DNA of 64,000 bases from Eledone cirrhosa (lineage: Eukaryota), in the NCBI GenBank assembly GCA_964016885.1, contig OZ024756.1:41912001-41976000 (forward strand), written 5' to 3'. The position numbers were made by a program, and so were the translations under genes. Below the pieces are notes generated by a model. It did not search any database and was not told the origin of the DNA. It was given only the letters and a program-made list of their open reading frames with translations. Below are positions 13,192 through 28,101 of the stretch, in pieces; within the stretch, counting starts at the first letter, position 1; each line of letters opens with the position of its first letter.

Positions 13192-13545
13192 AGGATTTGA
13201 TCCTTGTTTCAGTGGTGAGCCCTTGGATTTGATCCTTGTCTCAGTGGTGAGCCCTCAGATTTGATTCTTGTTTCAGTGATCAGACCTCAGATCTGACCCT
13301 TGTTTCAGTGGTGAGACATTGGATTTGATCCTTCTTTCAGTAGTGAGCCCTCATATTTTGGTCCTTGTTTTAGTGATCAGACCTCAGATTTTATCCTTGT
13401 TTCAGTGATCAGACCTCAGATCTGACCCTTGTTTCAGTGGTGAGACATTGGATTTGATCCTTCTTTCAGTAGTGAGCCCTCATATTTTGATCCTTGTTTT
13501 AGTGATCAGACCTCAGATTTGATCCTTGTTTCAGTGGTCAGACCA
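13192..13545. repeat. 32-bp degenerate minisatellite (GGATTTGATCCTTGTTTCAGTGGTGAGCCCTT), about 11 copies
   Basis: Tandem periodicity with a higher-order repeat. Confidence 0.9.
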
Positions 13546-14460
13546 CCCATCCAGTTCCATGATAACTACTTTAAGTTGGTTTCTTTCTTATTTTACAGAT
13601 TTACAGAAACACTCGAGCATGGCATGATTTTTATTGCTGTTTATCTAGTTCTAACCAATCTGTGAAAGATGCATATATCTATTTATTCTTTATAATGGTT
13701 AAATGATGAGTCTTGTTACTATGGAGTTTGACCTGTGAACTCACAGGATATCAGACAAACCTGTCTTGTGTGATGATCCTGTAGGTACACAGATGAAACT
13801 CCATTGCAACAAAACTCATCATTTAACTATAACAAAGGATATTTAAACTTTGCTTCGGTATTGAGTACTCATTTTCATGTCCAACATCACACTTGTAAAG
13901 GATATTTAAACTTTGCATTGGTATTGAGTACTCATTTTCATGTCCATCAACATCACACTTGTGCATGGTCTTACTTTCAAGAGCATCTTTTATGCCTGAT
14001 GGTTTTGTTTTCTGCATACATTTCATAATACATATTAATTTCTTATATAGAAGACGGGTATAAAATGATAATGGTAGGCGTCATCATCATCATCTTGCTT
14101 GCTTTCCATGTTAGTATGGGTTGGACAGATTGTCGGGGACTAGACTTGGTTGGAGAACCACATCTTAACACTTGATTCATAGCTTTAATGTTTGGCTTAG
14201 TTTCTATGGCTGGATACCCTTCCTAATGCCAACCACTTTACAGAGTGTACTTGGTGGATTTGGTGGCACCAGCATGACCACTTACTGAGTGTATTGGGTA
14301 GATTTTATCATGAAACCAGCACTACCACTTTACAGAGTGTACTGGGTGTATTTTATCATTGCACCAAACTACCACTTTACAGGGTGTACTGGATGTATTT
14401 TATCATCATGACACAGGTGTAGGGTAATTGACATATTTTCTACCAAACTAAAGAATCCTC

Positions 14461-14492
<32 letters not shown>

Positions 14493-14572
14493 AAATGTTA
14501 CAGTGGGGATGATGAGCGTGACAGTAAAGATGTGTTTTAAAATCCTAATGAGATCTTTCTTTTGTGTTACAG

Positions 14573-14739
14573 ATCTTTCCTTCTACAACCATCCTCAGTC
14601 TCCAACCCGGAACATGAACTTTGTGAGCCTAAACCCTGATGGTCTGCCAAGAGACACAAGCACCAGTGGACGGGAAAGTGGCTATTCCACTCCAGATTCT
14701 TCACGACCTAAAAAGGTTATTTACGAAGTCATTGTATGA
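14573..14739 (+). CDS. Echinoid/Fred-like Ig-CAM terminal coding exon (...GRESGYSTPDSSRPKKVIYEVIV*)
   Basis: tgtgttacag acceptor in phase 1; C-terminus resembles the Drosophila Echinoid end (EIIV PDZ-binding motif); family assignment rests on the tail only. Confidence 0.8.
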
Positions 14740-15104
14740 TGTTGTGTCACCTGCATCCATCAATGGTCAACGTTGTTTTTACTCTACTGTAAAAACTCTC
14801 CTCTGGTCTGCTGTACATGCTGATATTGTCCGTTGAACTTTCACCACCACAAGTCCTGTCCTGTCCTGTCCTGTCCTCCAAAATTCTTCACCACCCTCTC
14901 ACTCCAGATGTCGTTAAACCTCCATTAATATTGTGCTCTCTCCCTCTCTCGCTATATATATATAATACACATATATATATATATAATACATATATATATA
15001 AATATATATATTTATATAATATATATTTATTCATATTTAGATAATATATGTATTATATATATATATATATATAAATATATGTATTATATATATATAAATA
15101 TATG

Positions 15105-15144
<40 letters not shown>

Positions 15145-15348
15145 TTTTATGCATCATGCATCCATTACTTGCAACTTTCACCCCTCCTCTCTCTCTCTCT
15201 CTATTTTTATTACATTTTTTCTTTGTTCCTGTTGTAATAACACCATGTGGCACATGAAGCAACCAATCAAATTCTTGACATTTCTATGGTGTATGTGGGG
15301 GGGGGGGGGGCAGGAAATGCAACACAAGTGTGAAAGATTGGTGTTGTA

Positions 15349-15381
<33 letters not shown>

Positions 15382-15495
15382 GCATGCCTGGAATTGTTGC
15401 ATATGGATAATTTAGAGATGAAGACAGGGTCATTAGAAGAATGCTAATAATATATATATGCACATCAATATATATACACACATTATATATATATG

Positions 15496-15550
<55 letters not shown>

Positions 15551-15639
15551 TGATGTTACAGTAGCTAGCCGTATTCAGCAAGACATCCTCATCTCTTCTA
15601 CTACTTTTGCTATTATTATTATATACTGCTAAGCATGTT

Positions 15640-16130
15640 GTCCGACACAGTCGGTAGAGCGTCGGGGAATATGCTTTGCAGCATATAGTTACAGTCCTTT
15701 ACGATCTGAGTTCAAATCCCACCGAGGTTGGCTTTGCCTTTCGTCCTTACAGGGTTGATAAAGTAAAGTACCAGTAACACACTGGGGTCGATTTAATCGA
15801 CTTTCCCCTTCCTTTCAAATTGCTGGCCTTGTGCCAAATGTGAGAAAGAATTCCCAATCACCATCATCATCATCGCCGTTTAACGTCCATTTTCCACGCT
15901 AGCATGGGCCAATGGATTGAAAGAATTGGTAGAGCATTGGACAATGTGCTTTGCAGCATTTAGTCAAGACCCTTTATCACATTCTGTATTCAAATCCTGT
16001 CAAAGTTAGCTTTGCCTTTCATCTTTACAGGGTTGATAAAATAAAGTACCAGTAACATACTGGGACTGCTATAATCAACTTTAGCGCTTCCTTTCAAATT
16101 GCTGACCTTGTGCCTAAACTAGAAACCATT
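15640..16130 (+). mobile_element. Two tRNA-headed SINEs of one family (Nin-like central domain); further copies at 26976-27200 (+), 44905-45088 (-), 2400-2500 (-), 51695-51790 (+)
   Basis: A/B-box-like GGTAGAGC...GAGTTCAAATCC and shared GCCTTTCATCCTT...GGGTTGATAAAATAAAGTACCAG core. Confidence 0.75.
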
Positions 16131-17139
16131 ATTATCATCATCATCATCACAGTCTCCAACAATCCATTGAATTTCAGAAATTTACCTGATCTATTGAACT
16201 GCTGTGAAAGAACAATAGATCAATATCTAGTATTGATTCATAAATAGTGAAGGTACTTGGTGTAGGTGTTGGAGTTACACTGAGAAGGCCAAGGGTTCAA
16301 TACCTTTACTAGGCTGCATGTTGTGTTCTTGAGCAAGACACTTCACTTCATGTTGATTTTCATGATAGGACTGTAGCCCTTAATGTTAAAACACCCAAGA
16401 AACCTTCTGTGAGATACAACCTCATAAAAGGACTGTTAAACCTACATATGTGTGACCTGCAACAACATATGTCTGGTACCACTATCATTAAAACACCAAA
16501 GAAACCTCTATGACATACAACCTTGTAGGAGGCCAGCTAAACCTACATAGGTCTAACTTGTAAGTTTTCCTCTTTTTTTCCCCTTCATTTCATTAACAGC
16601 GTTAATTTACTGCTGCGTCTAACAAAGGAATTTAATAGACAGCATTCCTATGTCCATTACTGCTGATATATAAAATAACTGGGAGCTCATACCACTCCTT
16701 ATTCCCTACATTTCTAACCCTATGAAGACCCGTCTAACCCTTGCTAGCAGGGAATGAGGATGTTAACCTATTCATGGCCCCATTTTTAATGAAATACTAT
16801 TTCAATTAATTAATGAACAATTTTTAGGGATTTACTAAAATTATTATTTCATTACTAAGATAGTAACTTAATGTAAGATTCCGATATAAAATTATCGGAA
16901 GATTTTGATTTAAATTGGAAACCTTTAAAATAGGTGGATTTATTTCAAAGAACCAGAACTGGTTTTGGCTGGGTTTGTTATTAAAGGGTTAAAAGTCTAA
17001 GTCCTAATCAAGCTCTAAAACTAATTAAAAAAAAAGACTGGAACAATCAGTTATTTTTAGTATCCATCATCAATCTTGGTTCAATGGTTCGATAAATGTT
17101 GGTAAACACAAAGAAACAGCCCACCTTAACAATTTTTGC

Positions 17140-17265
17140 TAGACTTAATTTCTACCGGTGTATATAATTACTAGACTTAATTTTTACCTGTATATATAAT
17201 TACTAGACTTAATTTTTACCTGTGTATATAATTACTAGACTTAATTTTTACCTGTGTATATAATT
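17140..17265. repeat. 32-bp tandem repeat, 4 copies (ACTAGACTTAATTTTTACCTGTGTATATAATT)
   Basis: Directly visible. Confidence 0.85.
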
Positions 17266-17525
17266 GATCTCAATGTTGTCTAATAACTTCTCAATTTAAA
17301 AATACAAACTAATATTTTTTTATATCGTTTCTTTAATCTCACCACCTTCCCCATCATCCCCTCTCAATTTTGCCTTATTCCTCCCACCCCAACCCCACCA
17401 TTCTAATAATATGGTTTGATAAAACATTAAAATATTTTTTTAAAAATGAAAAGATTAGTTGATTAACCTATACACACACGTGTATAAATACACACACACA
17501 CATATATATATATACACAAACACAC

Positions 17526-17569
<44 letters not shown>

Positions 17570-20500
17570 TATTGGTGTGTAATGTTAAGTTACTATTGGT
17601 TCATCAGTTTGAGCACTTGATACCTAATATAGGTTTGGCTACCGATGTGATATTGTGTTTGGTATTACACCATAGTCTGTATCCTTAAGAAGTAGGAGGG
17701 GTGTTAATATATATATATATATATATATACACACACTCTGAGCACACAGCCGAACAATTTTACTTATAGAACTAAGGTGACATAAGATATATACATATAT
17801 ATTTATATTTATATTTCTTTTTTAAATAAACGGAGAGATTCTAAAAATCTTCTCCAGTAAAGACAGTGCCCCAGCATGGCCACACTCTAACTGAAACAGA
17901 TAAAAGAATAAAGAAATATAGCCCACAAGACATTGGTAATGCCATGGTTCAACTTTCCAAACATTGTTATATTTGTAATCAGACTTATGGATAGTGTAGG
18001 ACTTTCAATCAGAATACCATGGGTTTCATTTCTGGGCTTCTTGTGTTCTTGAGGAAAACACTTCATTTCACATTGTTGTAGTTTACTCAGCTGAAAATGA
18101 GTACTGACAGTTGCTAGGAGCTAACCTTGCAATGGACTAGCATCCTGTCCAGGGGGAAGTCTTGTAATCTCTGTAATTTAACACTAATGAAAATAGGATA
18201 AGCACTCGCTTAATGAGCTTCTGAGCTTGGGACAGACTTTAACTTTTGTTTTTTAAATCAGACCTATGCAAACCCTATAACTGAGAATCTATTAAATCTG
18301 CTCCCTAAAGTATGTTTCATGAGTGCCATATAAAACAAAATGTGCCTCAAACAATTATGTGTGTTGATTTGGTAGTTAGTCATGGTTTTTCTTGCTGGAT
18401 GCCCTTCCTATCACCAACCACTTTACAGCATGGTGTGGATGCATTTTATTGCGCCACCAGCAGCACTAGAGAGGTTATTTGTCAGGACTTTGTGAATCAA
18501 TACTCTCCTAGACTGGTTGCCTTCACTGTGGCTAACAGAGCCCATGTTTACTCCGGTAGTGTAAGATAAATATATTACTGAAACTGACATTTGAATTACT
18601 GTATATACTTGTAGATATGAAAGGTTCCTTAGCTCAGTTGCTTTGACCATTGTGCTAATCAAATTGATGTTATGGGTTGAATTTCCAGACTGAACTGCTT
18701 TCATTTTTCTTCTTTCCTTAATAAGTGCTCCAACATGGCCACATCCCATGGGCTAAAATAAATAAGAGTATAACTCTTATTTTTTTTAAAGGTATGAAAT
18801 GCAATGTGCATATTATCTACCAAATCTTTCTCTCAGTTTAATCAAAATACAAAACCCAAATATTATAAACACAGAGTTATATTCAAGTGTAAACGGTGTT
18901 AAATTTATGCAAAGTGGTGGTTAAATATTCAATTACTGTTGGTTAAATTAATTTATGAAATATGCAAATAGAATTTGAACTATTTTATGTTAGTTTAGTG
19001 CCTATTGTAGCTTATGATACAAGTCTCATTAGTTTGGGAAAATTACAAGAAAACATTTTTTTTATATTTTCAAATACAACTTATCTACTAAATGTTCTCT
19101 ACTATTGTTCCTCTCTTGAACTGTCTCAATACTATACAGTACATATCATATATATATATAAACTGAAATTATATTAATTCCCCATTAACAGAAACTCTTA
19201 ATTAAAGCAAGATGAGAAGCTGTTGTATGCATATGTGTGTGGATATGTATATATGTGTATATATACATACATACGTGTGCATATATATATATTTGTGTGA
19301 TGCGTGTGTGGAGATATATATATATATATATAAGTAAAGTGTCATTAATATTTTATGCAAGATATGACAAAGGAATCCATATCATAATTTTTCTCAACAA
19401 AACAGAAATAATGCTGACTAAAGCTAATTATTTTTGTGTATACTTAGTCTAATAAAAGAAGGAAATCTTTATTTTGATAGCATCATCAGGCTCTTCTTGG
19501 TCTGTACAGGTATTTTGATAGCATCACCACCACACCTGTCTTGTCCTGTACATGGGATAGTAACTACAATACCTTCCCCAAACATGGACATATCGCCTTA
19601 TTTTCATTTTTGTCTCTTTCCACAATTCCTGTAAATATTTACTCAACTATCTTCAAACTCAAATAGTTTTGTTCCTTACTCTTAGTTTTCTACCACCACC
19701 CCACCTCTCCTTAACCCTATATATATACATATTATATGAAAAGATTCAGGACCCAGCTGGCTGAGCTCCGGCCATTTCAACAGCTAGATCCAAACTGAAG
19801 CGCCAGTATTCCTACTTTAGTTCGAACCTAGCTATTGAAACAGCCAGAGCTCAGCCGTAGGGGTCCTGAATCTTTTCCTACTACCCACTCTACTACCCTA
19901 AGTATTGAGTACTCTGGTGAGTAATGGTCCACCTGGTTATTAGCACACCCTATCTGATATATATATACACACTCATACATATATGTGCATGTGTATATTC
20001 CAAACTAATGTGTGTGTGTGTGCTGCCATCTTAGTGTCTCAGGTTTTGGGGTATTTTGCTCAAGATTTTCCTGTCTTAATGTGTTTTTGGTTTTTTAAGC
20101 ATTGTTTTGGAATTAGGCTTAATTCCTCTATTTCACTTTTTCTTTTAGTATTAAAAAAAAAAAAAAATTTTACAAAAACAAACAAACATGCAAACAAACA
20201 ATTCTAATTAATTTAAAAATTAACCAACCAATCAGCCAGACGGAGCATGGGGGGGGGGGTTAGTTCTCTTACATGTCTACTTCATTAAATCCCCACCCCG
20301 ACACCCTCAACCCAACCCCGACACCCCACCCCTCTCTGATTTCCTCTCTATTTCTTTTATTAAAAAAAAAAAAACGAAAACAAAACAACTGACAATTTGC
20401 AACAAAAAAGACTCAGCCGACAAAAATGAAATGAAATCAATAAATCTTGTCTCCGTTCAATAAACTGTCAACAAAACAATAATAATAATAATAATAATAG

Positions 20501-21144
20501 TGATTATGGAGGTGTTTTTTTTTTTTGCTATTTGTATATGTATATCTTTGTGTTCTTGGTTTGTTTGTTTGGTTTTTTTTATTTTTTTTTTTTATTGTCA
20601 TTCTCCCCCTCCCCCTCCCTAATTGTGACAGAAATAAATTAAGTGCCGAAATTTACCTGGAACTGCAACATATGTCTGCTGCTGGTCAGTAAAACAAGGA
20701 ACTCAAAATGTCTTCTTGTAGTAGAAGGGTTTAGCCATATCTCTCTCTCTCTCTCTTATATATATATATATATATATTAATTCAAAATATTAATATATAT
20801 ATATATATATATATATATTAATTCAAAATATTAACAAAATAGATATTCTTGTGATCAAGTATATTTTATTATACATATTTCAGAGGTACTGAGCTAACTT
20901 CAACAGTACGTCCTCGTCAGATAAAATAAGATGATGCATGACATACCCTGACATAGTAGATGGTTAAGATTCAGTCCTGGTAGTGAGTAATATATGACAA
21001 AACTCAATATTTATATACCTTAATATTGAAAACATGAAAAAAACTACATATAATACATAATAGAGAGAAAGCTTAAAAGAATACATGGCAACAATATAAC
21101 TGTAAAACTCATTCTTTGATTTATTCATTGAACCTTGTTTAACC

Positions 21145-21200
<56 letters not shown>

Positions 21201-21205
<5 letters not shown>

Positions 21206-23237
21206 ACGTCAAGACGGGCGGTCTCAAAAGTGAAACTAATTTTTGACAGTTATGTAAGTGATTACTTTCAATTTGGATTGTGAATTTGTTTGTTTTTTTT
21301 ACAACAGGTCTCTATAGTGATATGGTGTTAATTAGTATTGCGTGTATGTGTTTTTTTTTTGTTTTTTTTTGTGTATTGTGTGTACGGAAAATTTTTTTTT
21401 AAATAATGACATTGTGTGTTGAAAGAAAGAAATTTTCTTTAAATAACTACATAGTTATACGTTTGTTGCATATAAAATATAAATTGACGTACCTTATGAA
21501 AATCCTTATTACACCCTATAAATAGCTGAAATACAGTTGATCATCTCGCCAAACTTGTTGGCACCAACTCTCTGCCGCCAAAGAAATTCAGCTAAATATG
21601 AGGGGAATAAAGCGTCGCTTGTCCCATGCTGGCGACGAAGCTTTTTCTTTGCACGGCTCCATGTGATCTCTATGAGTTGTGTGTGCACATTAGGGTCTTC
21701 AGGATCTACAAAGTTCCGTTGGTGCACATCATCATGGAAGTAAATTCCACCTTGAATGTCTTCAATATCCGAATAGGAAGCCCAACCATCGGACATGATG
21801 TGGCTTCCTGGCAAAATCCATTGCTGTATGATGGGGACAAGAGTCTCACGGCTTCGATCTGGGACTTCGATGAGGCAGCAGCGTCCAGAATGGTGTTCTA
21901 CAGCGCCGAAGACCCAGTGGCCTTGTCTCCACTGGCCATGATGATACTTTCTATGAAAGTATTTTGATTTGTCGATCTCAACAATGATTGACGAACCATT
22001 CTCATTGAATCCTCCAAGCTGTTGAGGATTCGCCTCCAAATACTGCTCACAGATTTCTCTAAGGAAATTGCACCAGTCTATAATTGCCGGCTTGCTAAGT
22101 CCTGTTTCTCTCATCATCTCAGTTTGGGCATGATCGTAGCACCACATATAGATAATGCCAATAAGGTGTTCGAGTCGAACACGGCTTCAATAAAATATAG
22201 AATTCCGTCGCACCGATTGACTAATTTGTCGCGGCCACATCGCCATCTCCATTTATCAATCCCCTCAGAATATCTTTGCAATGTGCACGCCTCATTGCAG
22301 ACAGGACAATTCACACTGTTCGCCAACAGACGCCGACTCGCCAACCACTGTAACATACACGTGCCACCGTGTATCACCGGGAACAGTGTATATATTGTTT
22401 CAAAACGATTAATAATGGCATTGGTATCCAAAATATCTTCAACTAAGGTAACGCGACCATACGCTCGTCCAGCCATATTTGATGTGACACTGTATTACAA
22501 TCCACCCCTTCGGTGCTTCGGTTAAAAAAATAAAATTTTCCCAGCCCTTCTGACGCCAATCTGCCTTTCTGACTCCAAGCAGCCCCTCTGACCCAAATCC
22601 CTTATCATTCTCTGTCCTTCTTATGACCCTACCTTAATTTCTTTGGGGACAGAGAGTTGGTGCCAACAAGTTTGGCGAGATGATCAACTGTATTTCAGCT
22701 ATTTATAGGGTGTAATAAGGATTTTCAATATTTATTTATTTCAATACACAATGTCATTATTTTTTTTAAAAAACCATACAATTGTGTACATGCATATATA
22801 TATATACATCTACAAATTCATACAAATGTGTGTGTGCATAAATATATATATACATACACATATATATATATATATATAGACACATATATATACACACAAA
22901 CACATATATATACACACAAACACATATATATACACATATATACACACAAACACATATATACACACAAACACATATACACACAAACATATATATACGTCTA
23001 AACCCATGCTTGCGTGGAAGATAGACGTTATACGATGATGATGACACAAACACATATATATATATATACAAACACACATATATATATATATATATACATA
23101 CACACACACATATATATACACACATATACACACCCACACATATATATATATTAAGAAATCCATACAATTGCGTGTGTCTGCATTATACTTGTCAAAAATT
23201 AGTTTCACTTTTGAGACCGCCCGTCTTGACGTATGCC
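21201..23237 (-). mobile_element. Merlin (IS1016/ISXO2-type) DNA transposon, 2037 bp
   Basis: Perfect 48-bp TIRs GGCATACGTCAAGACGGGCGG... (21201-21248 and 23190-23237), inserted in (TA)n, encodes an ISXO2-type transposase. Confidence 0.92.
21509..22476 (-). pseudogene. Frameshifted Merlin/ISXO2-like DDE transposase
   Basis: Zn-ribbon CPVC...WRC, VEIDKS, WVFGAVE, IMSDGWASY, HTQLIEITWS; two overlapping ORFs in different frames joined near 22114-22147. Confidence 0.9.
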
Positions 23238-23700
23238 TATATATATATATATATATATGAAAAAGTATGACCCCCGACGGCAGAGCTCAAGCCGTTTCGA
23301 TGGCTATTTCTGGACTAAATTAGAATTTTTAGTCCAGAAATAGCCGTCGAAACAGCTTGAGCTCTGTCATCAAGGTCATACTTTTTCCTATTTCCCTCTC
23401 TACTACCCTAAGTATTGAGTACTCTGGTGCATTATGGTCCATCTGGTTCCTTAACACAATTCCTTTGTTAAATATATACATAGGAAAAGAATCAGGACCC
23501 CGATGGCTGAGCTCCGGCTGTTTTGACAGCTAGATCCTTACCACACTTCCTTCATTATATATATATAGTGGTAGAGCACTGGAAGGTAATATCCGTAGTG
23601 GTAGAGCACTCAGCCCATGGGACGAGTTTGGTAGAAGTGGTAACACAACAGTTAGTTCACCATACCGAGAACAATTGTTTCACCTTAGTAGTTCTTCAGT

Positions 23701-23740
23701 CCGAGCTGAAGATCTACTAAGGTGAAACAATTGTTCTTGG
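23701..23740 (+). ncRNA. Minimal type-I hammerhead inside a 142-bp palindrome (23632-23773)
   Basis: ccgag-CTGAAGA-tctactaaggt-GAAA-caattg-TT-cttgg; palindromic stem III; inverted truncated copy in the left arm. Confidence 0.7.
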
Positions 23741-25090
23741 TATGGTGAACTAACTGTTGTGTTGCCACTTCTATATATGGGACACATATTTTTTTAGTTG
23801 AAAATTTCTCCCTCTCTCCTCTTCTACATTCTACAAGTTTAGCTTTTCATTAAATTTGTTTCTGACCAATCAGATTATTGTTTGACTTCTCCCTCTGGCA
23901 GTTCAAAAAATTTTCCAGGTGTGTGTGTGTGTGTATATATATATACACAAATATATATATATACACACGTACATGTATGTGAGTGTGTATGTATGTATAT
24001 ATATATATATATATATATACATACATCCCTAATTATTGTACAGTAATGTTAATATTGTTTTATAATAAAATACATTTAAATGAAAACTGTCTCTGTGATA
24101 TATTTGTATTAACCTTGCTTATTAACACATACAGCCACACACATACATACACACAGCCGCATACACATACATACACACAGCCGCATACACACACACAGCC
24201 GCATACACACACACAGCCGCATACACACATACAGTTGCATACATACACACACAGCCACATATATATATACATACAGCCACATACTCATAGTCACACACAC
24301 ACACACGATCTATTGTGTGCGTGACCATGACACAAGATGCGTTACAATGTTTGTTACACATCTCAGCAGCGGTGTGAGTTCAAATCCTCCAGAAGTCAGC
24401 TTTACGTTTCAAGTCTAGGGCATGTACATTTGCATGCATGTTCAATCACATGTACTAGTGTGCACTTATATGCATGAACTTATAGACATGTGCACTAACA
24501 CACACATGTATACTCTTGAACCTTCACACACATGTATTCTTATGTGCATTCACACACACATCTGTGTTTTCGTATGCACATGTGCATTCACACATTTATA
24601 TGCACACAAGCTCACACGTGCATTCACATGCATGCTCACTCACATGTGTATTTGCATGAACGGACACACACGTGCATCTAGGTGAAGTTTTGACTTGGTG
24701 CTAGCAGTATTGGGGAAAATCAACATTTACAGCTGATGTGCAGTAAAGTGCAATGTTTGTGCAGAGACTGCAGAAGAAGGTGGGGTAGAGAGAGAAATGT
24801 GGGAGCAGTAGGGTGCTTTTGCCATGACACTACCACATTACAGGGTGGATTGGGTGCTTTTGCCATGATACCAGCACTACCACATTACAGGGCGGACTGG
24901 GTGCTTTTTTTTTTTCATCATGGCACCATCACTGAAGAGATGTTGATAGGAGTAATGATGGTGTCACAATGCCATGGAAGAGGAAACATCTGATGTTGAT
25001 GTTGAAAAAAGAAAAATAGTGCCAGACTTGAGGTGTGAATTGGCAGAATTGTTAGAGGAACAGACAGAATGCCTTACATACCTAGTTGAG

Positions 25091-26150
25091 ACCCAACATA
25101 TACCTCACTGTTGAGTAGATCTTGTGGAACTGATAAAGACCCAAAGTACCTCACTGTTGAGTAGATCTTGTGGAACTGATAAAGACCCAACATACCTCAC
25201 TGTTGAGTAGATCTTGTGGAACTGATAAAGACCCAAAGTACCTCACTGTTGAGTAGATCTTGTGGAACTGATAAAGACCCAAAGTACCTCACTGTTGAGT
25301 AGATCTTGTGGAACTGATAAAGACCCAACATACCTCACTGTTGAGTAGATCTTGTGGAACTGATAAAGACCCAAAGTACCTCACTGTTGAGTAGATCTTG
25401 TGGAACTGATAAAGACCCAACATACCTCACTGTTGAGTAGATCTTGTGGAACTGATAAAGACCCAACATACCTCACTGTTGAGTAGATCTTGTGGAACTG
25501 ATAAAGACCCAACATACCTCACTGTTGAGTAGATCTTGTGGAACTGATAAAGACCCAAAGTACCTCACTGTTGAGTAGATCTTGTGGAACTGATAAAGAC
25601 CCAAAGTACCTCACTGTTGAGTAGATCTTGTGGAACTGATAAAGACCCAACATACCTCACTGTTGAGTAGATCTTGTGGAACTGATAAAGACCCAAAGTA
25701 CCTCACTGTTGAGTAGATCTTGTGGAACTGATAAAGACCCAACATACCTCACTGTTGAGTAGATCTTGTGGAACTGATAAAGACCCAAAGTACCTCACTG
25801 TTGAGTAGATCTTGTGGAACTGATAAAGACCCAACATACCTCACTGTTGAGTAGATCTTGTGGAACTGATAAAGACCCAACATACCTCACTGTTGAGTAG
25901 ATCTTGTGGAACTGATAAAGACCCAACATACCTCACTGTTGAGTAGATCTTGTGGAACTGATAAAGACCCAAAGTACCTCACTGTTGAGTAGATCTTGTG
26001 GAACTGATAAAGACCCAAAGTACCTCACTGTTGAGTAGATCTTGTGGAACTGATAAAGACCCAACATACCTCACTGTTGAGTAGATCTTGTGGAACTGAT
26101 AAAGACCCAAAGTACCTCACTGTTGAGTAGATCTTGTGGAACTGATAAAG
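25091..26150. repeat. 46-bp minisatellite, about 23 copies, two unit variants (CCCAACA vs CCCAAAG)
   Basis: ACCCAACATACCTCACTGTTGAGTAGATCTTGTGGAACTGATAAAG in tandem, no spacers. Confidence 0.97.
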
Positions 26151-27632
26151 AGCCGTTACACACACATTAGATTAATGACCAAAGGAAATGATAATTAAGA
26201 TATTAACTTGACATGATTCTGATATAAAATTATGTTGGAAGATTTCAAGGGTTAAATCAAGCCCAAATCAGTTCTGTATGAGAAAGACATAGTCACTTGA
26301 CTTGGACTATCTCACATGACAACCAGTCTAACCTATGCTAGCATGGAAAAATGGATGTTAAACAGTGATGATGATATATATATATATATATATATATAAA
26401 GTTAAAACAATGAAATAAAAAATGAAGTCATTAGAGATATACTTCATTGTTTTCTGAGATTTATCTTAACCTACATTTTCAACATATGGATTACATCGAG
26501 TTCTTCATGCAGAATAGACCCCACAACTTACAGTGGATACCTCTATGTATATATATATATATATATAACAAAATCTCATCTGTGACCCACAATCAAATAT
26601 TGATTACTAGTACCAAGCTGTAAAACCATTCACTCTCATTAGTTATGGTTGCTAAGTTGCTAAAGATTTCTTTAACAGTTTCTTTTATTAATGGAGGAGG
26701 GTTAGTAAAGTCACCTTCTGTTGGAGTGGTTTTCAGTTAAATAAGAGAGAGCGAGAGAAACAGAGAGAGAGCAACAGAGAATGAGTGAGAGAGAGGGTAA
26801 ATAACTGTGAAATATTTAGTACAAGGTTTATGTGTGTTTTTCAATGTAGTTTATGTTCATAAGGAAATGCTAGAAATCTTTAAACAGTAAGCTCAATAAT
26901 CAATATATTCATTTGGTTTCAGAATTACTTGATTCTCAAGAGACCAACACTTTATGTTATTATTATTAGTAGTAGGGGTGGTGGATTGGCAGTATCGGTA
27001 AAGCGTTGGATGCCATGCTTTGTAGCATAGAGTTACTGTCCTTTATGATCTGAGTTCAAATCCCGCTGAGGTTAACTTTGCCTTTCATCCTTAAGGGGTT
27101 GATAAAATAAAGTACCAGTCAGGCACTGGGGTCGATTTAATCGACTTTCCCTTCCCCCCAAATTGCTGGCCTTGTGCCTATTTAAGAAACCATTATTATT
27201 ATCGGTTTTCAATATAAATTTATATAATTCCTAATCTTAATCCTTTGCAATAAAAGACATTTGCTTAAAACATGTTTAGCCAAAACTTAGTGAAAGCTTA
27301 ATTTAAACTTTACTCTTGACTCAGCTTAGGAAGTTGAACTAAGCTGCTTTAGCTTTCTAGAATATAACACCACCAACCATAACAACAACGGCAACTATGA
27401 CAAAAAGACAACAATGTGTGTGTGTATGTGTGTCTGTATGTATGTGTGTGTGTGTATGTATGTATGTGTATGTATGTATATATGTGTGTGTATGTATGTA
27501 TGTATGAGGAGCCTACAGTTGCCATATATGTACCAAAGGGTGCAAGTCTTTGGCTGGTTTAAAGAGCCACATTTGTGCCTCAAATTTTTTAACATTCAGG
27601 CGATGGCAATGCTTGAACACGAGTTTTCAGCC

Positions 27633-27663
<31 letters not shown>

Positions 27664-27858
27664 AGATAAATCTACCAAGAGTTTACGGTAGTGTCCAATC
27701 CGTATGAAGAACTCAATGTAATCCGGATATCATGGAAAGAAGAGATGCATTCAAAAATCACTTTCGGTGAAAGATAAACGGAATACAGAGTCAAGATAAA
27801 GTATTAAAAAAATAATGAATAAAACAATGAAACAGTTCCTTATATTAAACAAAAAAAG

Positions 27859-28001
27859 TTCATTATTTAACGATCGTTTCTAGGACATATATGTGTTAGA
27901 ATTGGCATGCATATTCAACAGATCTATGTACAAAATTATACAAACTATCAAATATAATATACATACCAACACATACATATGCCGTCTTCAGAAATAATGA
28001 A
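27859..28001 (-). ncRNA. pLTR hammerhead ribozyme (inverted copy)
   Basis: Reverse complement of 32020-32172, lacking a 10-bp duplication. Confidence 0.75.
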
Positions 28002-28101
28002 ATATATTTATTGATAATAACAACAATTCAAAATTACAGGTCTGTTTGGGAGCAGAGTTCAAATTGACCAATGAAATACACAAAAATATATCAAGAAAAT
28101 A

